From a virus (Duplodnaviria; Caudoviricetes): DNA of 59,750 bases. Positions 26,863-36,656 of the stretch are shown here, piece after piece (the stretch's first letter is position 1; each line of letters starts with the position of its first letter). Location of the stretch: positions 1-59,750 of IMG/VR virus record IMGVR_UViG_3300027743_000032, one strand, 5' to 3'. The notes beneath the pieces are model-generated. The model worked only from the letters and a program-made list of their open reading frames with translations. It had not been told where the DNA came from and searched no databases. Made by a program: the position numbers and the translations under genes.

Positions 26863-27471
26863 GTGACGAACAACATCCTACAAGCAATCCCAGAAGATGC
26901 AACGGACGATCAGGTGGCTGACGCTCAGCGGCCTGATCGTTTCGTTACGTCCAATGGGATAGTCTTTAAGCTGAAGCCCGTCGCGCCATTGCTGGTGCTG
27001 GACGCGCAGAAGCAAATCATCGAACCTAAGCCGCCCAAGCTCAAGAACTACGCGAAGGGTGAGGACGACGACGCACCGCTGGAAGAGAATCCCAACGATC
27101 CTGAGTTTCTGCGCGCACATTCGGAGTATCGTCAGAAGGTAGGAGAGGTATCAAACGCTATCTTCCTGACGCGCGGGACGGAGGTTATAAGCGTCCCAGA
27201 CGACGTTGACAAGCTCGACGACGAAGATTGGGCACTCGAAGTCGAAGAGTTCACAGATATTAAGGTGCCCAAAGTCGGCAGACGACGCTACTACTGTTGG
27301 CTTAAGTACGTCGCCCTCACTTCGATGATAGATTTTCAGAGCCTCCTCAACAAGCTGTCCGCTCTGGGGGGCGTGACACTCGAAAGTGATGTGGCTGACG
27401 CTGAGGCATCGTTTCGGACTGACACGAGCGGGGATGCCTCTGCGGGAATACCACCTAGCGAAGAAGTTTGA
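26863..27471 (+). CDS. Tail assembly chaperone (G-like)
   Basis: Acidic ORF between tail tube and tape measure. Confidence 0.7.
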   Translation: MTNNILQAIPEDATDDQVADAQRPDRFVTSNGIVFKLKPVAPLLVLDAQKQIIEPKPPKLKNYAKGEDDDAPLEENPNDPEFLRAHSEYRQKVGEVSNAIFLTRGTEVISVPDDVDKLDDEDWALEVEEFTDIKVPKVGRRRYYCWLKYVALTSMIDFQSLLNKLSALGGVTLESDVADAEASFRTDTSGDASAGIPPSEEV

Positions 27472-27718
27472 TGCGGACATAAACATCCAGCGTCGCTTCG
27501 ACGGTGAAGTTCCAGAGTTCGAATGCCGTGAGGCTGCCGTGTTTGTGCATTGTGCGTGGCACGATTGGACACAGAAGCTAGACGGCTGGGATCGAGCTTG
27601 TGCGGTGGCTCATTACCGTACATCGCTGTCTCTCAGAGCGCACATTGACGATGCGGCGGAGAAGGCAGCTAGCCGTAAGCAGGCCAGGCAAGCACGTCGT
27701 AAGTCTAGATCGCGCTGA
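27413..27718 (+). CDS. Tail assembly chaperone frameshift extension (T-like)
   Basis: Overlapping +1-frame ORF ending just before the tape measure; TCG TTT CGG at 27409-27417. Confidence 0.55.
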   Translation, partial: FGLTRAGMPLREYHLAKKFDADINIQRRFDGEVPEFECREAAVFVHCAWHDWTQKLDGWDRACAVAHYRTSLSLRAHIDDAAEKAASRKQARQARRKSRSR

Positions 27719-27738
27719 GTTTTTCGTGAGTTAAAGTC

Positions 27739-30700
27739 ATGGCGGCCAACCTTCCTATCGTTGGTGTAGAAGCAGCAATCATTGGCATGAACGCCTTTAA
27801 GGCGAATGCCAATCAGATTTCCGCGCTGCTTAACAACATGGGCCGCTCTATGCGGGCGTTCTCGCAGGTATACAACGCCGGCGCTAATGACACGTCTAAA
27901 GCTGACGCCAAACGGGCCGCTGCCGTCGAGCGTGCTTCGAAGGTCGTAGAAAAGGCTCGGGGACAAGAAGCAGCCGCTAATCAGAGGGCACAGCAGCAGT
28001 TAATCGCCGCAGAAAACGCCCTCACAACCACGACCAAACGCGCAGCCCAGGACAGAACAAACTCCCGCACACGCGCTACGCAAGCGAAGGCCAAACTTGC
28101 TGCCATCGATAAAGCGGGTGACATCGCTATCGAGGCGCAGCAGAACCGTGTCACACGCGCTACTGAGCGTCTGACCGCGGCACAAAATCTGAACGCGAAG
28201 GCACCTACTGCGGCTCGTGCAGCCAACGTTGAGAAGGCAAGAATCTCACTCGCAGCTACGACAGACCGTTTAGCTGCTATCGAGCAAAGAGCCTACAACA
28301 ATACCAACAAAGCCTCAGCTGACGCAGTAGCCGCTAACCAGCGTCGTCTTGCCGCGACGAGAGCTGGCGCTGCTCAGGTAGCACAGGCGCAGGGTAGAGT
28401 AGCTGCTGCTACGGCTAACGTTGCCACAGTCGCTCAACAAGGGGCGGCGCGTGTCACAGCAGCCCAACAGGCGATGGCTGCTGCTTCGACTGTTGGTGCA
28501 GCGGCGGTAGGTGTGGCCTTTGCTGCGGCAGCTGCTAGCATCGTTGCTGCTGTGGTCGCCACAGGGATGGCGTTCGCTGAGGTAGTGCGCCAGAGTGCTG
28601 CATACCAGGATCAGTTGACTTATCTGGGCGTCGTTAGCCAAACCACATCGGGTCAACTGTTCCAGCTCAGCCAGCAACAACTTCAACTGTCACGGTCTAC
28701 TACAACGGCTGTGACAGATATTGCTATTCTAAGCGAGGAATTGCTCAAGGCAGAAGTACCGCTTGAGGCCCTCAGAAACGGCGCACTAGAAGTCGCCAAT
28801 GCACTTGTGATCGCGTCCAACGGAGAACTGGACGCCGCTCGTGCAGCGACTACAATGAAGATCGCGCATGATTCATTCGCCTCTTCCGGTGCGACCTATG
28901 AGAGCGCGGCAAACGCGATCAATGCGGCAGCTCAGAATAGCACACTGACTCTAGGGAACATGGCCGACGCCATCAAGCAGGGTGGCGCGACGGCAGCACG
29001 ATACGGTCTGAGCATTGAGGAGTTCGCTACTGCTGTAGGCTTGCTTGGGCAGGTAATCCCCTCCGGTACTGAAGCAGGTACTGGTTTGCGTAACATGTTC
29101 GTCCAGCTGCAGAAGCCTTCTAAGGAAGGCAAGCAGCTGATGAACCAGTACGGGATTTCCTTGCACGATGCAGCAGGAAATACGCTTCCGTTCGTCAACA
29201 TCCTACACGACCTAGAGGCCGCGTTCGGCCCAGCGGCTGTAGCACAAGGGAAGATCACAGAAGCTCAGCGTGACTACGCTCTTGCCACGATTGCTGGCGA
29301 GAGGCAGCAAAAAGTTCTCTCTACTCTGATCGATCAGGGAGTAGAAGGCTGGCAAGCGCTTGCCCAGGAAATCTCTAATACTAACGGTGTGATGGAATCG
29401 CAGGATGCTATTACTGCGACAACCGCATCGAAGATGGAGATGCTGGGAAACAACGTTACCGCGTTAGGCCTCGCTTTCGGTCAGGGACTTGACCCTTATC
29501 TAAACGCAATTGTCGATGGTTTGCTGAGATTCGCACAGTCTATCGATCCTACCCTGGAGAGAGCCGATCAGCTTGGTCAGATCGTCGGTGGTTTTCTGGC
29601 CAATGCGTTTCTTAATCTGGGCGAGATTATCGGGTCAGTCGTCGTCCCGATGTTCCTGTTCTTCTTCGACATGCTTGGCAACTGGATTAACTTGTTCGTT
29701 GGAGTTGCCACCGCAGTCATTCAGGTAGCCGCTGCTATCGGTGATGCGTATGTAAATCTCAGAAACATTTTAGTCCAGACCTTCGCCAACATGATCGCGG
29801 CGTGGTTCAACCTGGGCGACGGTTTCGCTCAAGGTGCAACTGCGCTAGGGAACATCTGGGATGCTGTTGTTCAGATGGCTGCTGCTACAGGTGCAGCCGT
29901 TGGACGCGGTATTCAAGGGATGGCTCAGGCCTGGAGCGCGGTCGTTAACTCGATTGCATCAGGCGTGTCCGTCTTTGGTCAGAATCTGAACGCTGTTGTA
30001 CAGGGAGCAGTACAGGCAGCGAACGGTGTTATCAACGCCTTTAATGGATTGTCCTCCGCCATTGCACGCATTCTCGGTGGCGTTGCTTCCGCGATCAACG
30101 GCTTCTTGGATGCTGCGAGCGCGATCCCTGAAGTTGGTGAGCGAATTGGCGGAGCGCGTGTCGCAGTTGGACAGTTTGCTGGAGCGACCGCCGCTACCGT
30201 CGGTGCAGCAGGCGTTGCTATTAGTGGTGTGACACACAGCGCCTCCGTTGCTCTGAATGGTTTGGGTGAATCCGCAGGACGTGTTGGAGTTCAGGTACAA
30301 TCTGGACTTGGGCAAGCTGGGACGGCTTTTAGTAATCTAGGGTCGAGCGTAAACAGTTCAGTTGGCGGGCTTGGAAACACTTTCGGAAACTTTGCGAACG
30401 ATTCTATCGCGGCGGTTAACAAACTAACCAACACGATCAAGATGCCAGAGCTTCAGAATTACGCGGACAAGATTGCCGCGAATATTCAGAAAGCTCGCAC
30501 CACCGTCAACCAGCAAGCAAACAAACCGCTTCGTGGCATCGGCACTGAGCCTAGTGGTGAGCCTCGCGGTACTTTCCCAGAAAAAGGCGGTGGCGGTGGC
30601 GACGGTGACAAAGCAGCGAAGAAAGCTGCTAAAGACCTAGCAGAAGCCATGAATGACGCAGCTGAATTGCTGCGTGACTTCTTCGACGACATCGAGAATG

Positions 30701-32877
30701 CTGCGCGTGACACCGCTAATTCCATCGCAGAAGCCTACGAAAAAGCCGAACTTGACATCGCTAAGGCTATCGCGTCGGCAGCCAAAGAAGTCAATGAGGC
30801 TATCGACGATGCGAACGATAAGATAAGAGAACTAGATACAGAACGTGCCATAAGAAAAGACGCTGACGCAAGACGTAACGCGCTCGACCAAGAGCTGGAG
30901 TTTGAGCAGCGTCTACGTGAAGAGGCACAAGCCGAGGCCGAAGTTATCTACCAGCGTGATCTGGAAGATATGAAGGCCATTGAAGATAAGAAGCGTCAGG
31001 AGCGTGAGCGTTCGTTTGACAGGCAACAGGAGAATGAAGCACGTCAGCGTGACGAGCGCCGTGCTGACGAAGATCGTGACTATGATAAGTCGTTCGATAA
31101 GCTTCAGAATGAGCTAGACAGGCAGCAGGACGCACGCGAGAAGGCACTAGACAAGCAGCAAGAGAAGCAGCAAGACGCTCTAGAAGCTCAGCTCAAAGCT
31201 ATCGAAGATGCGCTGGACAAAGAACATAACCTGCGTGAGAAGGCACTAGAAGATCGTCTAGACGCTGAGGAAGCGGCACTAGAAGCGTCACAGAAGCAGC
31301 GTGAAGATGCTCTCCAGGCTCAATTCGAACGTGAGGACATCGCCCGAGAGCATGGCGAAGCTATCGGTGATATCGAGCGGGAAGCTGGTACTGGACGTGC
31401 AGCAGCTCAGGCTGACTACGCTAAAGAACTTTCTATCGGTGTTAAGGAATCGATTGCTCGGGCTAGGCGTGATGAGAAGTTGGCGGCGATCCAATCTGAA
31501 GAGGATACCGCACGCGAACGTCTGAGGATCAAAGAGGAACAGAACGCTAAAGAGCGGGACGTTGAGAACGACCAACAAACACGTCTCGCGGCTCTGCAAG
31601 CTCAGTTCGCACTGGAAACCGCGGCGCGTGAGGCAGCAGCCGACGCGGCCCGGATGGCTCTTAAAGAGCAGCTTGAAGCGGAAATCACAGCCCTTCAAGC
31701 TAACCACGAAGCCCAACGCCGCACGTTGCGTGAGCAGCACGAAGCGGCGATGGACGCAATGCACGCTCAGCACGAACGTGAACGTGATGATCTATCAGAT
31801 CGTATCGAGCGTGACCGTTTAAATCGCCAAAAGAATCGTGCCCGCGAAGATCGAGAGTTCGCAGAGCGTCAAGAAGAAGCCAAACAACGCTACATCGAGG
31901 AGGAGAACAAGCGTCAGCTAGCTGCTACGCGGAAGCAAGAAGATGAAGATAGGGCACGTAAGCAGGCGCAAGACTACGCTGCTATTTACCAAAAGCAGCT
32001 AGACGAAGCCAAGCGTGCGTACCTGTCAGAGCAGCTCGACGAAGAAGAATATCAACGTCGCGTACAGCAGATTCAGGACGAGCGCGACAAGAAGATCAAG
32101 GCTACTGGTGTTACGCTGGAAGAGCAACAGCGTATGATTAGTGAGCAGCTTGATCGTGAAGTCACTGATCTGAATAAGCAGCTAGACGAGAAGATCACAA
32201 CCATCAAAGAACGCTACGTTGATCGTATGGAGGATTTGATGCGTGACGGTGGCGAAGCCATGCGTCCCATCATTGATAACATCGGTGAGCAGATGGAGTT
32301 GGCGTTCGAAGGCGCGCGTGATCGTGTTAAGGAACTCGTCACCGTCCTACAAGCCGCTCTTGCTCAAGCTGATGCTGTCACCAAGGCTATTAACAACATG
32401 CCGAAAGTACCATCTGCACCAGCAGCTGGTGGCGGTGGTGCTGGCGGTGGCGGCGGTGGTGGCGGTAAATGCGATTGGTACGGGATTTATAACGCTTGTC
32501 GCGGGAACGGTGGCTCTGATGGTGCGTGTCGTTCGAAGGCAGATAGTGAATGCCCGCCGGAGCGCAGAGCAGCGGGTGGCCCTGTAAGAGCTGGTCGTAC
32601 GTACGTCGTAGGTGAGAATGGGCCGGAGATTTTCACAGCTCCCTACAACGGGACGATCATTCCTAACGGTATGCACATGCCCGGTGATTGTCCTAAGTGT
32701 CCCAACGCCCCGACGAGTGTACAAACGGCGCAGTCCTACGGCCGAGGCATTAATGGCGGTGGCACCAGTAGTACGGTTAATAACAACTACACCGTAAACG
32801 CAGCGTACGGACGCACTCAGCCAGAAGGTTCCGTGCGGATGGATTTGGCGGCCCTGATCGCCCTTACGAGAAGGTAA
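27739..32877 (+). CDS. Tape measure protein (TP901-type) with long charged coiled coil
   Basis: 1712 aa, Ala-rich; GTEAGTGLRNMF; RAAGGPV..YVVGENGPEIF near the C-terminus. Confidence 0.92.
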   Translation: MAANLPIVGVEAAIIGMNAFKANANQISALLNNMGRSMRAFSQVYNAGANDTSKADAKRAAAVERASKVVEKARGQEAAANQRAQQQLIAAENALTTTTKRAAQDRTNSRTRATQAKAKLAAIDKAGDIAIEAQQNRVTRATERLTAAQNLNAKAPTAARAANVEKARISLAATTDRLAAIEQRAYNNTNKASADAVAANQRRLAATRAGAAQVAQAQGRVAAATANVATVAQQGAARVTAAQQAMAAASTVGAAAVGVAFAAAAASIVAAVVATGMAFAEVVRQSAAYQDQLTYLGVVSQTTSGQLFQLSQQQLQLSRSTTTAVTDIAILSEELLKAEVPLEALRNGALEVANALVIASNGELDAARAATTMKIAHDSFASSGATYESAANAINAAAQNSTLTLGNMADAIKQGGATAARYGLSIEEFATAVGLLGQVIPSGTEAGTGLRNMFVQLQKPSKEGKQLMNQYGISLHDAAGNTLPFVNILHDLEAAFGPAAVAQGKITEAQRDYALATIAGERQQKVLSTLIDQGVEGWQALAQEISNTNGVMESQDAITATTASKMEMLGNNVTALGLAFGQGLDPYLNAIVDGLLRFAQSIDPTLERADQLGQIVGGFLANAFLNLGEIIGSVVVPMFLFFFDMLGNWINLFVGVATAVIQVAAAIGDAYVNLRNILVQTFANMIAAWFNLGDGFAQGATALGNIWDAVVQMAAATGAAVGRGIQGMAQAWSAVVNSIASGVSVFGQNLNAVVQGAVQAANGVINAFNGLSSAIARILGGVASAINGFLDAASAIPEVGERIGGARVAVGQFAGATAATVGAAGVAISGVTHSASVALNGLGESAGRVGVQVQSGLGQAGTAFSNLGSSVNSSVGGLGNTFGNFANDSIAAVNKLTNTIKMPELQNYADKIAANIQKARTTVNQQANKPLRGIGTEPSGEPRGTFPEKGGGGGDGDKAAKKAAKDLAEAMNDAAELLRDFFDDIENAARDTANSIAEAYEKAELDIAKAIASAAKEVNEAIDDANDKIRELDTERAIRKDADARRNALDQELEFEQRLREEAQAEAEVIYQRDLEDMKAIEDKKRQERERSFDRQQENEARQRDERRADEDRDYDKSFDKLQNELDRQQDAREKALDKQQEKQQDALEAQLKAIEDALDKEHNLREKALEDRLDAEEAALEASQKQREDALQAQFEREDIAREHGEAIGDIEREAGTGRAAAQADYAKELSIGVKESIARARRDEKLAAIQSEEDTARERLRIKEEQNAKERDVENDQQTRLAALQAQFALETAAREAAADAARMALKEQLEAEITALQANHEAQRRTLREQHEAAMDAMHAQHERERDDLSDRIERDRLNRQKNRAREDREFAERQEEAKQRYIEEENKRQLAATRKQEDEDRARKQAQDYAAIYQKQLDEAKRAYLSEQLDEEEYQRRVQQIQDERDKKIKATGVTLEEQQRMISEQLDREVTDLNKQLDEKITTIKERYVDRMEDLMRDGGEAMRPIIDNIGEQMELAFEGARDRVKELVTVLQAALAQADAVTKAINNMPKVPSAPAAGGGGAGGGGGGGGKCDWYGIYNACRGNGGSDGACRSKADSECPPERRAAGGPVRAGRTYVVGENGPEIFTAPYNGTIIPNGMHMPGDCPKCPNAPTSVQTAQSYGRGINGGGTSSTVNNNYTVNAAYGRTQPEGSVRMDLAALIALTRR

Positions 32878-32881
32878 CGTC

Positions 32882-33817
32882 ATGCTCGAAACAGGCTACA
32901 TTCTCCCCAAAAATAGTTCGGGAGAACGCTTAGTTTATATCCGGCGGGATGGCCTTACGTATCCATTACACGCTCCGCCGTGGAGGGCTGTGCTATCCCA
33001 CGAGGGCTTCGGCACACCGCCTATCGACTACGTTGCTGATCGTTCGCCGTTCCAACACGGCGATACAGTAAGGTCGTTCTTTCTGACCCCACGCTCGATA
33101 CAATTGATTGTCCTGCACAACTTTTGTAGTCGAGCTGAATACTGGCAGGGGCGCGAGGATATTCTGGATTTATTAAGACCTGGCTTTGGAACCGACCCTG
33201 TGCAAGCAGGGAAACTGTTATATTACTTACCGGGAAAGAAGAAGCGGCAAATCGACGTTCTGATCGAAAGCGGGCCAGGTTTCACACCCCAAGAAGGCTG
33301 GCGCGAATGGAGCTTCACAGAGGCTCTTCGGTTCGTAGCCCACGATCCTACGTGGTATGATCCCGACGCTTATGCTGAGACATTGCTCTATCATGCACCC
33401 GCGCTTAACCTGATCTTTCCTATCACGTTTCCTATCGTGTTCGATGAGACGGCCGGTATTCGTACGTTCGTTGTCTACAAGGGGACGTGGATTTCGTACC
33501 CTGCTATAGATGTGGTGGGGCCTGTGACTGGTTTTAACCTGGTTAATCTGGTTACAGGGACGAATCTGGGTCTGAGCGCCCCGGTTCCTGATGGTGTGAC
33601 GGTTACGTTTAATTTGCAGGGTATTAAGACCGTCACAGGATCAGACGGACAGAACTGGTTGAATCGGGTCACACCAGACAGTGACTTGTCCGCGTTCGCT
33701 TTGGTGCCTCCACCGTTCGCCCCAGAGGGTGTGAACGAGTTTAGTCTGAGCGGCACGGGTACATCGCCACATTCGCGCGTGATTGTCAGATATAACGACA
33801 GATACTTCGGTATCTAG
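32882..33817 (+). CDS. Distal tail protein (Dit)
   Basis: Directly after the TMP; FVAHDPTWY, IFPITFPIVF, GVNEFSL, YNDRYFGI. Confidence 0.8.
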   Translation: MLETGYILPKNSSGERLVYIRRDGLTYPLHAPPWRAVLSHEGFGTPPIDYVADRSPFQHGDTVRSFFLTPRSIQLIVLHNFCSRAEYWQGREDILDLLRPGFGTDPVQAGKLLYYLPGKKKRQIDVLIESGPGFTPQEGWREWSFTEALRFVAHDPTWYDPDAYAETLLYHAPALNLIFPITFPIVFDETAGIRTFVVYKGTWISYPAIDVVGPVTGFNLVNLVTGTNLGLSAPVPDGVTVTFNLQGIKTVTGSDGQNWLNRVTPDSDLSAFALVPPPFAPEGVNEFSLSGTGTSPHSRVIVRYNDRYFGI

Positions 33818-33829
33818 CAGGAGCTAACG

Positions 33830-35509
33830 ATGGCACAACGTAGTCGGTTCTGGGACGGTACGACGGTTGGCGACGCCACGGTAGCTCCGTACGACGCTGG
33901 CACCGAGTTCTCTGAGGTTATGACTGCGGTAGCAGGTCTGGCTTCTGATCCTAATAAGGGTGGCCTGCTCAGTACGATCAGCGTTTCGATGCTCGTGGCC
34001 GGTACACTCAGGATTGGGCCTTTCGAAGCATTAGTATACGGTGCGTGGTATCAGAACGACGCCAACACCGACTTCGTAATCGCTACACCTGCGTCGGCTA
34101 CGCGCATCGATACAGTCGTGCTGCGCAAGAGCTGGGCGGCACAGACCGTACGTATGCTCGTTATCACAGGAACAGAGGGCGGTGCTGCGCCCTCGCTCGT
34201 ACAGACGCCGGGTGTGACGTGGGACGTTCCTATCGCTACGCTCAGTACGACGACTGGTGGTGTGACAACCGTTACTGGTACTTCGTCGCGTGCTGATTTC
34301 TGGTATCGAACAGGGCCGGGGGCGATCAGAACGGATAACAACATAGGTGTTGGGACTACACCTCAGCCTGGGCCTGTCAATCATCCTCTAGTATCTGTTG
34401 GTGATGCGGGTACAATGGTGGGTTCTGCCGTAGGCGGCAACCCTAACTTCTTCTTGACCAGTAATACGAAATGGGTAACTGGTCAAGAACAAGCTGCTGT
34501 ACCAAACTTTCCTTCGGCTAGGGTACAGTTTTATAACGGACAGGTTCTGTTTTCTACTGCTCCTGGTGTTGGCGTGGGGGTTCCACAGGTATACACCACA
34601 CGCTTGTTGCTAGATCGGCAAGGTACGCACACGCTGGTTACTGATACTGCTGTGCGTGGCTATGTTGTAGGCGATCCGACAGGTGGTGGACAGGCTGCAC
34701 AACAGCGTTATGTGTCGATGAATTGGCTCTCCAAGAGCGGTTCTAACGCTAACTCAGCGGATACGTGTATTGAGCTATGTGCGCCGAACCCTAACCCTAT
34801 GGGGATTGATTTCCACGTCCCGAACGTTGCTAAGTGGGGCGGGTTGTACATGCATGGTGGAGGCTCGGTCTATCTCGGCCGTGACATCGGTTGGGGTATT
34901 CCGCAGATTTACATGTTGGGTGTGTTCAACTTCGGCTACGGGCGGTTGTACTCATCGCCTAGTGGACAAACGCCGTTCATCGATGGACAGAACGGCGGTT
35001 TCTTGTTACTAGGCGGTGGTCACAACGGTGGCAATGCTGTTTCGGTCGCTCCTGCTACGCATAACGCTACTCATCTTGGGTGGGGCGACCGTGGATGGGC
35101 GTTGGTTCATAGCGTTAGCGGACTTGTTCAGGATAGTGCTGTAGAAGCCAAGACAAACATAGTACCGCTTGAGCCGGAAGCTGGCATCGAAGCAATCCGG
35201 AACACGCAGCCGGTGCGCTTCGCGTACAAGCCACCTGTGACCGGGCCGATTAAGCGTGATGTTACAAGACCTATGGACATGAAGCTCATGCGTGATCGCA
35301 TGGCTAACTACAGCAAGAACATCGCGTTCAGTACGCAACATGGGTTCGTACTCGGCTCACCAGACTTCCCGTGCGATCCGTTATTCGAGACGGGCAAGGG
35401 GCAGATGAATCCTGCTAACTCAGTTGGTGTCTTGATCGCTGCGTTGCGATACATGGACACATATTCCAAGAGCCTAGAGGCTCGCATCGCGGCGCTTGAA
35501 GGAGCGTAA
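33830..35509 (+). CDS. Tail fibre/receptor-binding protein with C-terminal S74-like intramolecular chaperone
   Basis: ATRIDTVVLR N-terminal baseplate-type motif; DSAVEAKTNI...QPVRFAYK...HGFV...LEARIAALE. Confidence 0.75.
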   Translation: MAQRSRFWDGTTVGDATVAPYDAGTEFSEVMTAVAGLASDPNKGGLLSTISVSMLVAGTLRIGPFEALVYGAWYQNDANTDFVIATPASATRIDTVVLRKSWAAQTVRMLVITGTEGGAAPSLVQTPGVTWDVPIATLSTTTGGVTTVTGTSSRADFWYRTGPGAIRTDNNIGVGTTPQPGPVNHPLVSVGDAGTMVGSAVGGNPNFFLTSNTKWVTGQEQAAVPNFPSARVQFYNGQVLFSTAPGVGVGVPQVYTTRLLLDRQGTHTLVTDTAVRGYVVGDPTGGGQAAQQRYVSMNWLSKSGSNANSADTCIELCAPNPNPMGIDFHVPNVAKWGGLYMHGGGSVYLGRDIGWGIPQIYMLGVFNFGYGRLYSSPSGQTPFIDGQNGGFLLLGGGHNGGNAVSVAPATHNATHLGWGDRGWALVHSVSGLVQDSAVEAKTNIVPLEPEAGIEAIRNTQPVRFAYKPPVTGPIKRDVTRPMDMKLMRDRMANYSKNIAFSTQHGFVLGSPDFPCDPLFETGKGQMNPANSVGVLIAALRYMDTYSKSLEARIAALEGA

Positions 35510-35510
35510 C

Positions 35511-35804
35511 ATGCCAATCGGAGCAAGCTCAATCCTCGACGCAGGTACTCTCAACGCTACGCTCGGTGCGTCTGCGCTGTCAGTCAAGGCAGGCACCGAT
35601 GACCTTCAGAACATGAAAGACGCACTCGCTCCGTACACTCCTGAGGCGATGATCGCACCTAAAGACGAAGGCGGCCTCGGACTGGACATGACGCTTGAGG
35701 ACGCGCAGAACATCAAGGCGGCGGTAGCTGAATCTGACGGCATCAAGGCCGCGCTCGATGCAACGGTTGCGCTCAAGAAGGCGTGGGGTCTGGGTGTAGC
35801 GTAA
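35511..35804 (+). CDS. Small tail-associated protein A
   Basis: AAGGAG RBS; paralogue of the next gene. Confidence 0.7.
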   Translation: MPIGASSILDAGTLNATLGASALSVKAGTDDLQNMKDALAPYTPEAMIAPKDEGGLGLDMTLEDAQNIKAAVAESDGIKAALDATVALKKAWGLGVA

Positions 35805-36088
35805 TGGCAACTGAACCGCCCACGTTCCCTGAGGTCGGCGCTCCGCTTAATAAGGCCAGCGTGAACGCACAGTTAGCCGAAGCCGCGCAGATGTTCAAGC
35901 GCGGCTTAGACAAGCTTGTTGTGCTGTTCGAATGGCAGGGCGCGTACACCGCAGAGATGCTAGAGGCAATTGGCTTCACGGCTGATGAAGCAAACTTGCT
36001 TAAGAGTGGTCTTGCGGAAGTGCCTCCGATTAACGACGCTACTGACGCAACGCAATTCCTTAAGCGGTTCTGGGGGACTGGCGTATAA
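35804..36088 (+). CDS. Small tail-associated protein A'
   Basis: TAATG overlap; shares the DAT..LK..WG.GV ending with A. Confidence 0.7.
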   Translation: MATEPPTFPEVGAPLNKASVNAQLAEAAQMFKRGLDKLVVLFEWQGAYTAEMLEAIGFTADEANLLKSGLAEVPPINDATDATQFLKRFWGTGV

Positions 36089-36363
36089 TGGCGGCAAACA
36101 AAAAAGTCCCGGCATCGATGTTGCCGGGACTTCGGGATGAGTGGATGCGTGCTATCGGCGCTGCACAGGCGGCGGGTGCTGCGCGTCAGCACGCCGAAAG
36201 CGTGATGGGTTTGTATCAGTCACGCATGACGGGTATTCTGGAAGTGCTTGAGCTTGATCCGGAAGGGCAGTGGGAAGTAGACTTCCGCACCGGGGAAGTC
36301 AGACGCGCGCAAGAGAATACCAACGGCACGCAGGCAGGGAACAACATTCTTACGGGGGTGTGA
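36088..36363 (+). CDS. Small tail-associated protein B
   Basis: LRDEWMR...LDP..W.VDFRTGE. Confidence 0.7.
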   Translation: MAANKKVPASMLPGLRDEWMRAIGAAQAAGAARQHAESVMGLYQSRMTGILEVLELDPEGQWEVDFRTGEVRRAQENTNGTQAGNNILTGV

Positions 36364-36365
36364 CT

Positions 36366-36656
36366 ATGGCACAGCCGAATAGCAAGCCTCACACGATGCC
36401 ACCCGCTGCGGTGGCATCGCTGCGTGATAGCTGGATGCGCTTGCAAGGTGTGATTATGGCTGCAAACGCTATTCAGGTCACACTGACGAACGCCGATTCG
36501 ATGTACAAGCAACACTTCGCATCCTGCCTGGATATGATGGGACTTGATCCGACCGACGACTGGCAGATCGACTTTCGTACGGGGGAGCTATCACTGAAAG
36601 GCAAAGAAGCTCCTGTGAAACTACTTGCCAAAGATGAGGCCCTTCCTGACGAATAG
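36366..36656 (+). CDS. Small tail-associated protein B'
   Basis: LRDSWMR...LDP..W.IDFRTGE. Confidence 0.7.
   Translation: MAQPNSKPHTMPPAAVASLRDSWMRLQGVIMAANAIQVTLTNADSMYKQHFASCLDMMGLDPTDDWQIDFRTGELSLKGKEAPVKLLAKDEALPDE

Noticed and set aside
27366-27371. G6 run as a -1 slippery site for the tail chaperone
   Set aside because: The downstream ORF is in the +1 frame, and that frame has a TGA at 27374-27376 right after the run.
30600-32350. E/R/Q/K-rich region as a separate SMC-like or repeat element
   Set aside because: It is in frame within the tape measure protein and followed by the usual TMP C-terminal motif.
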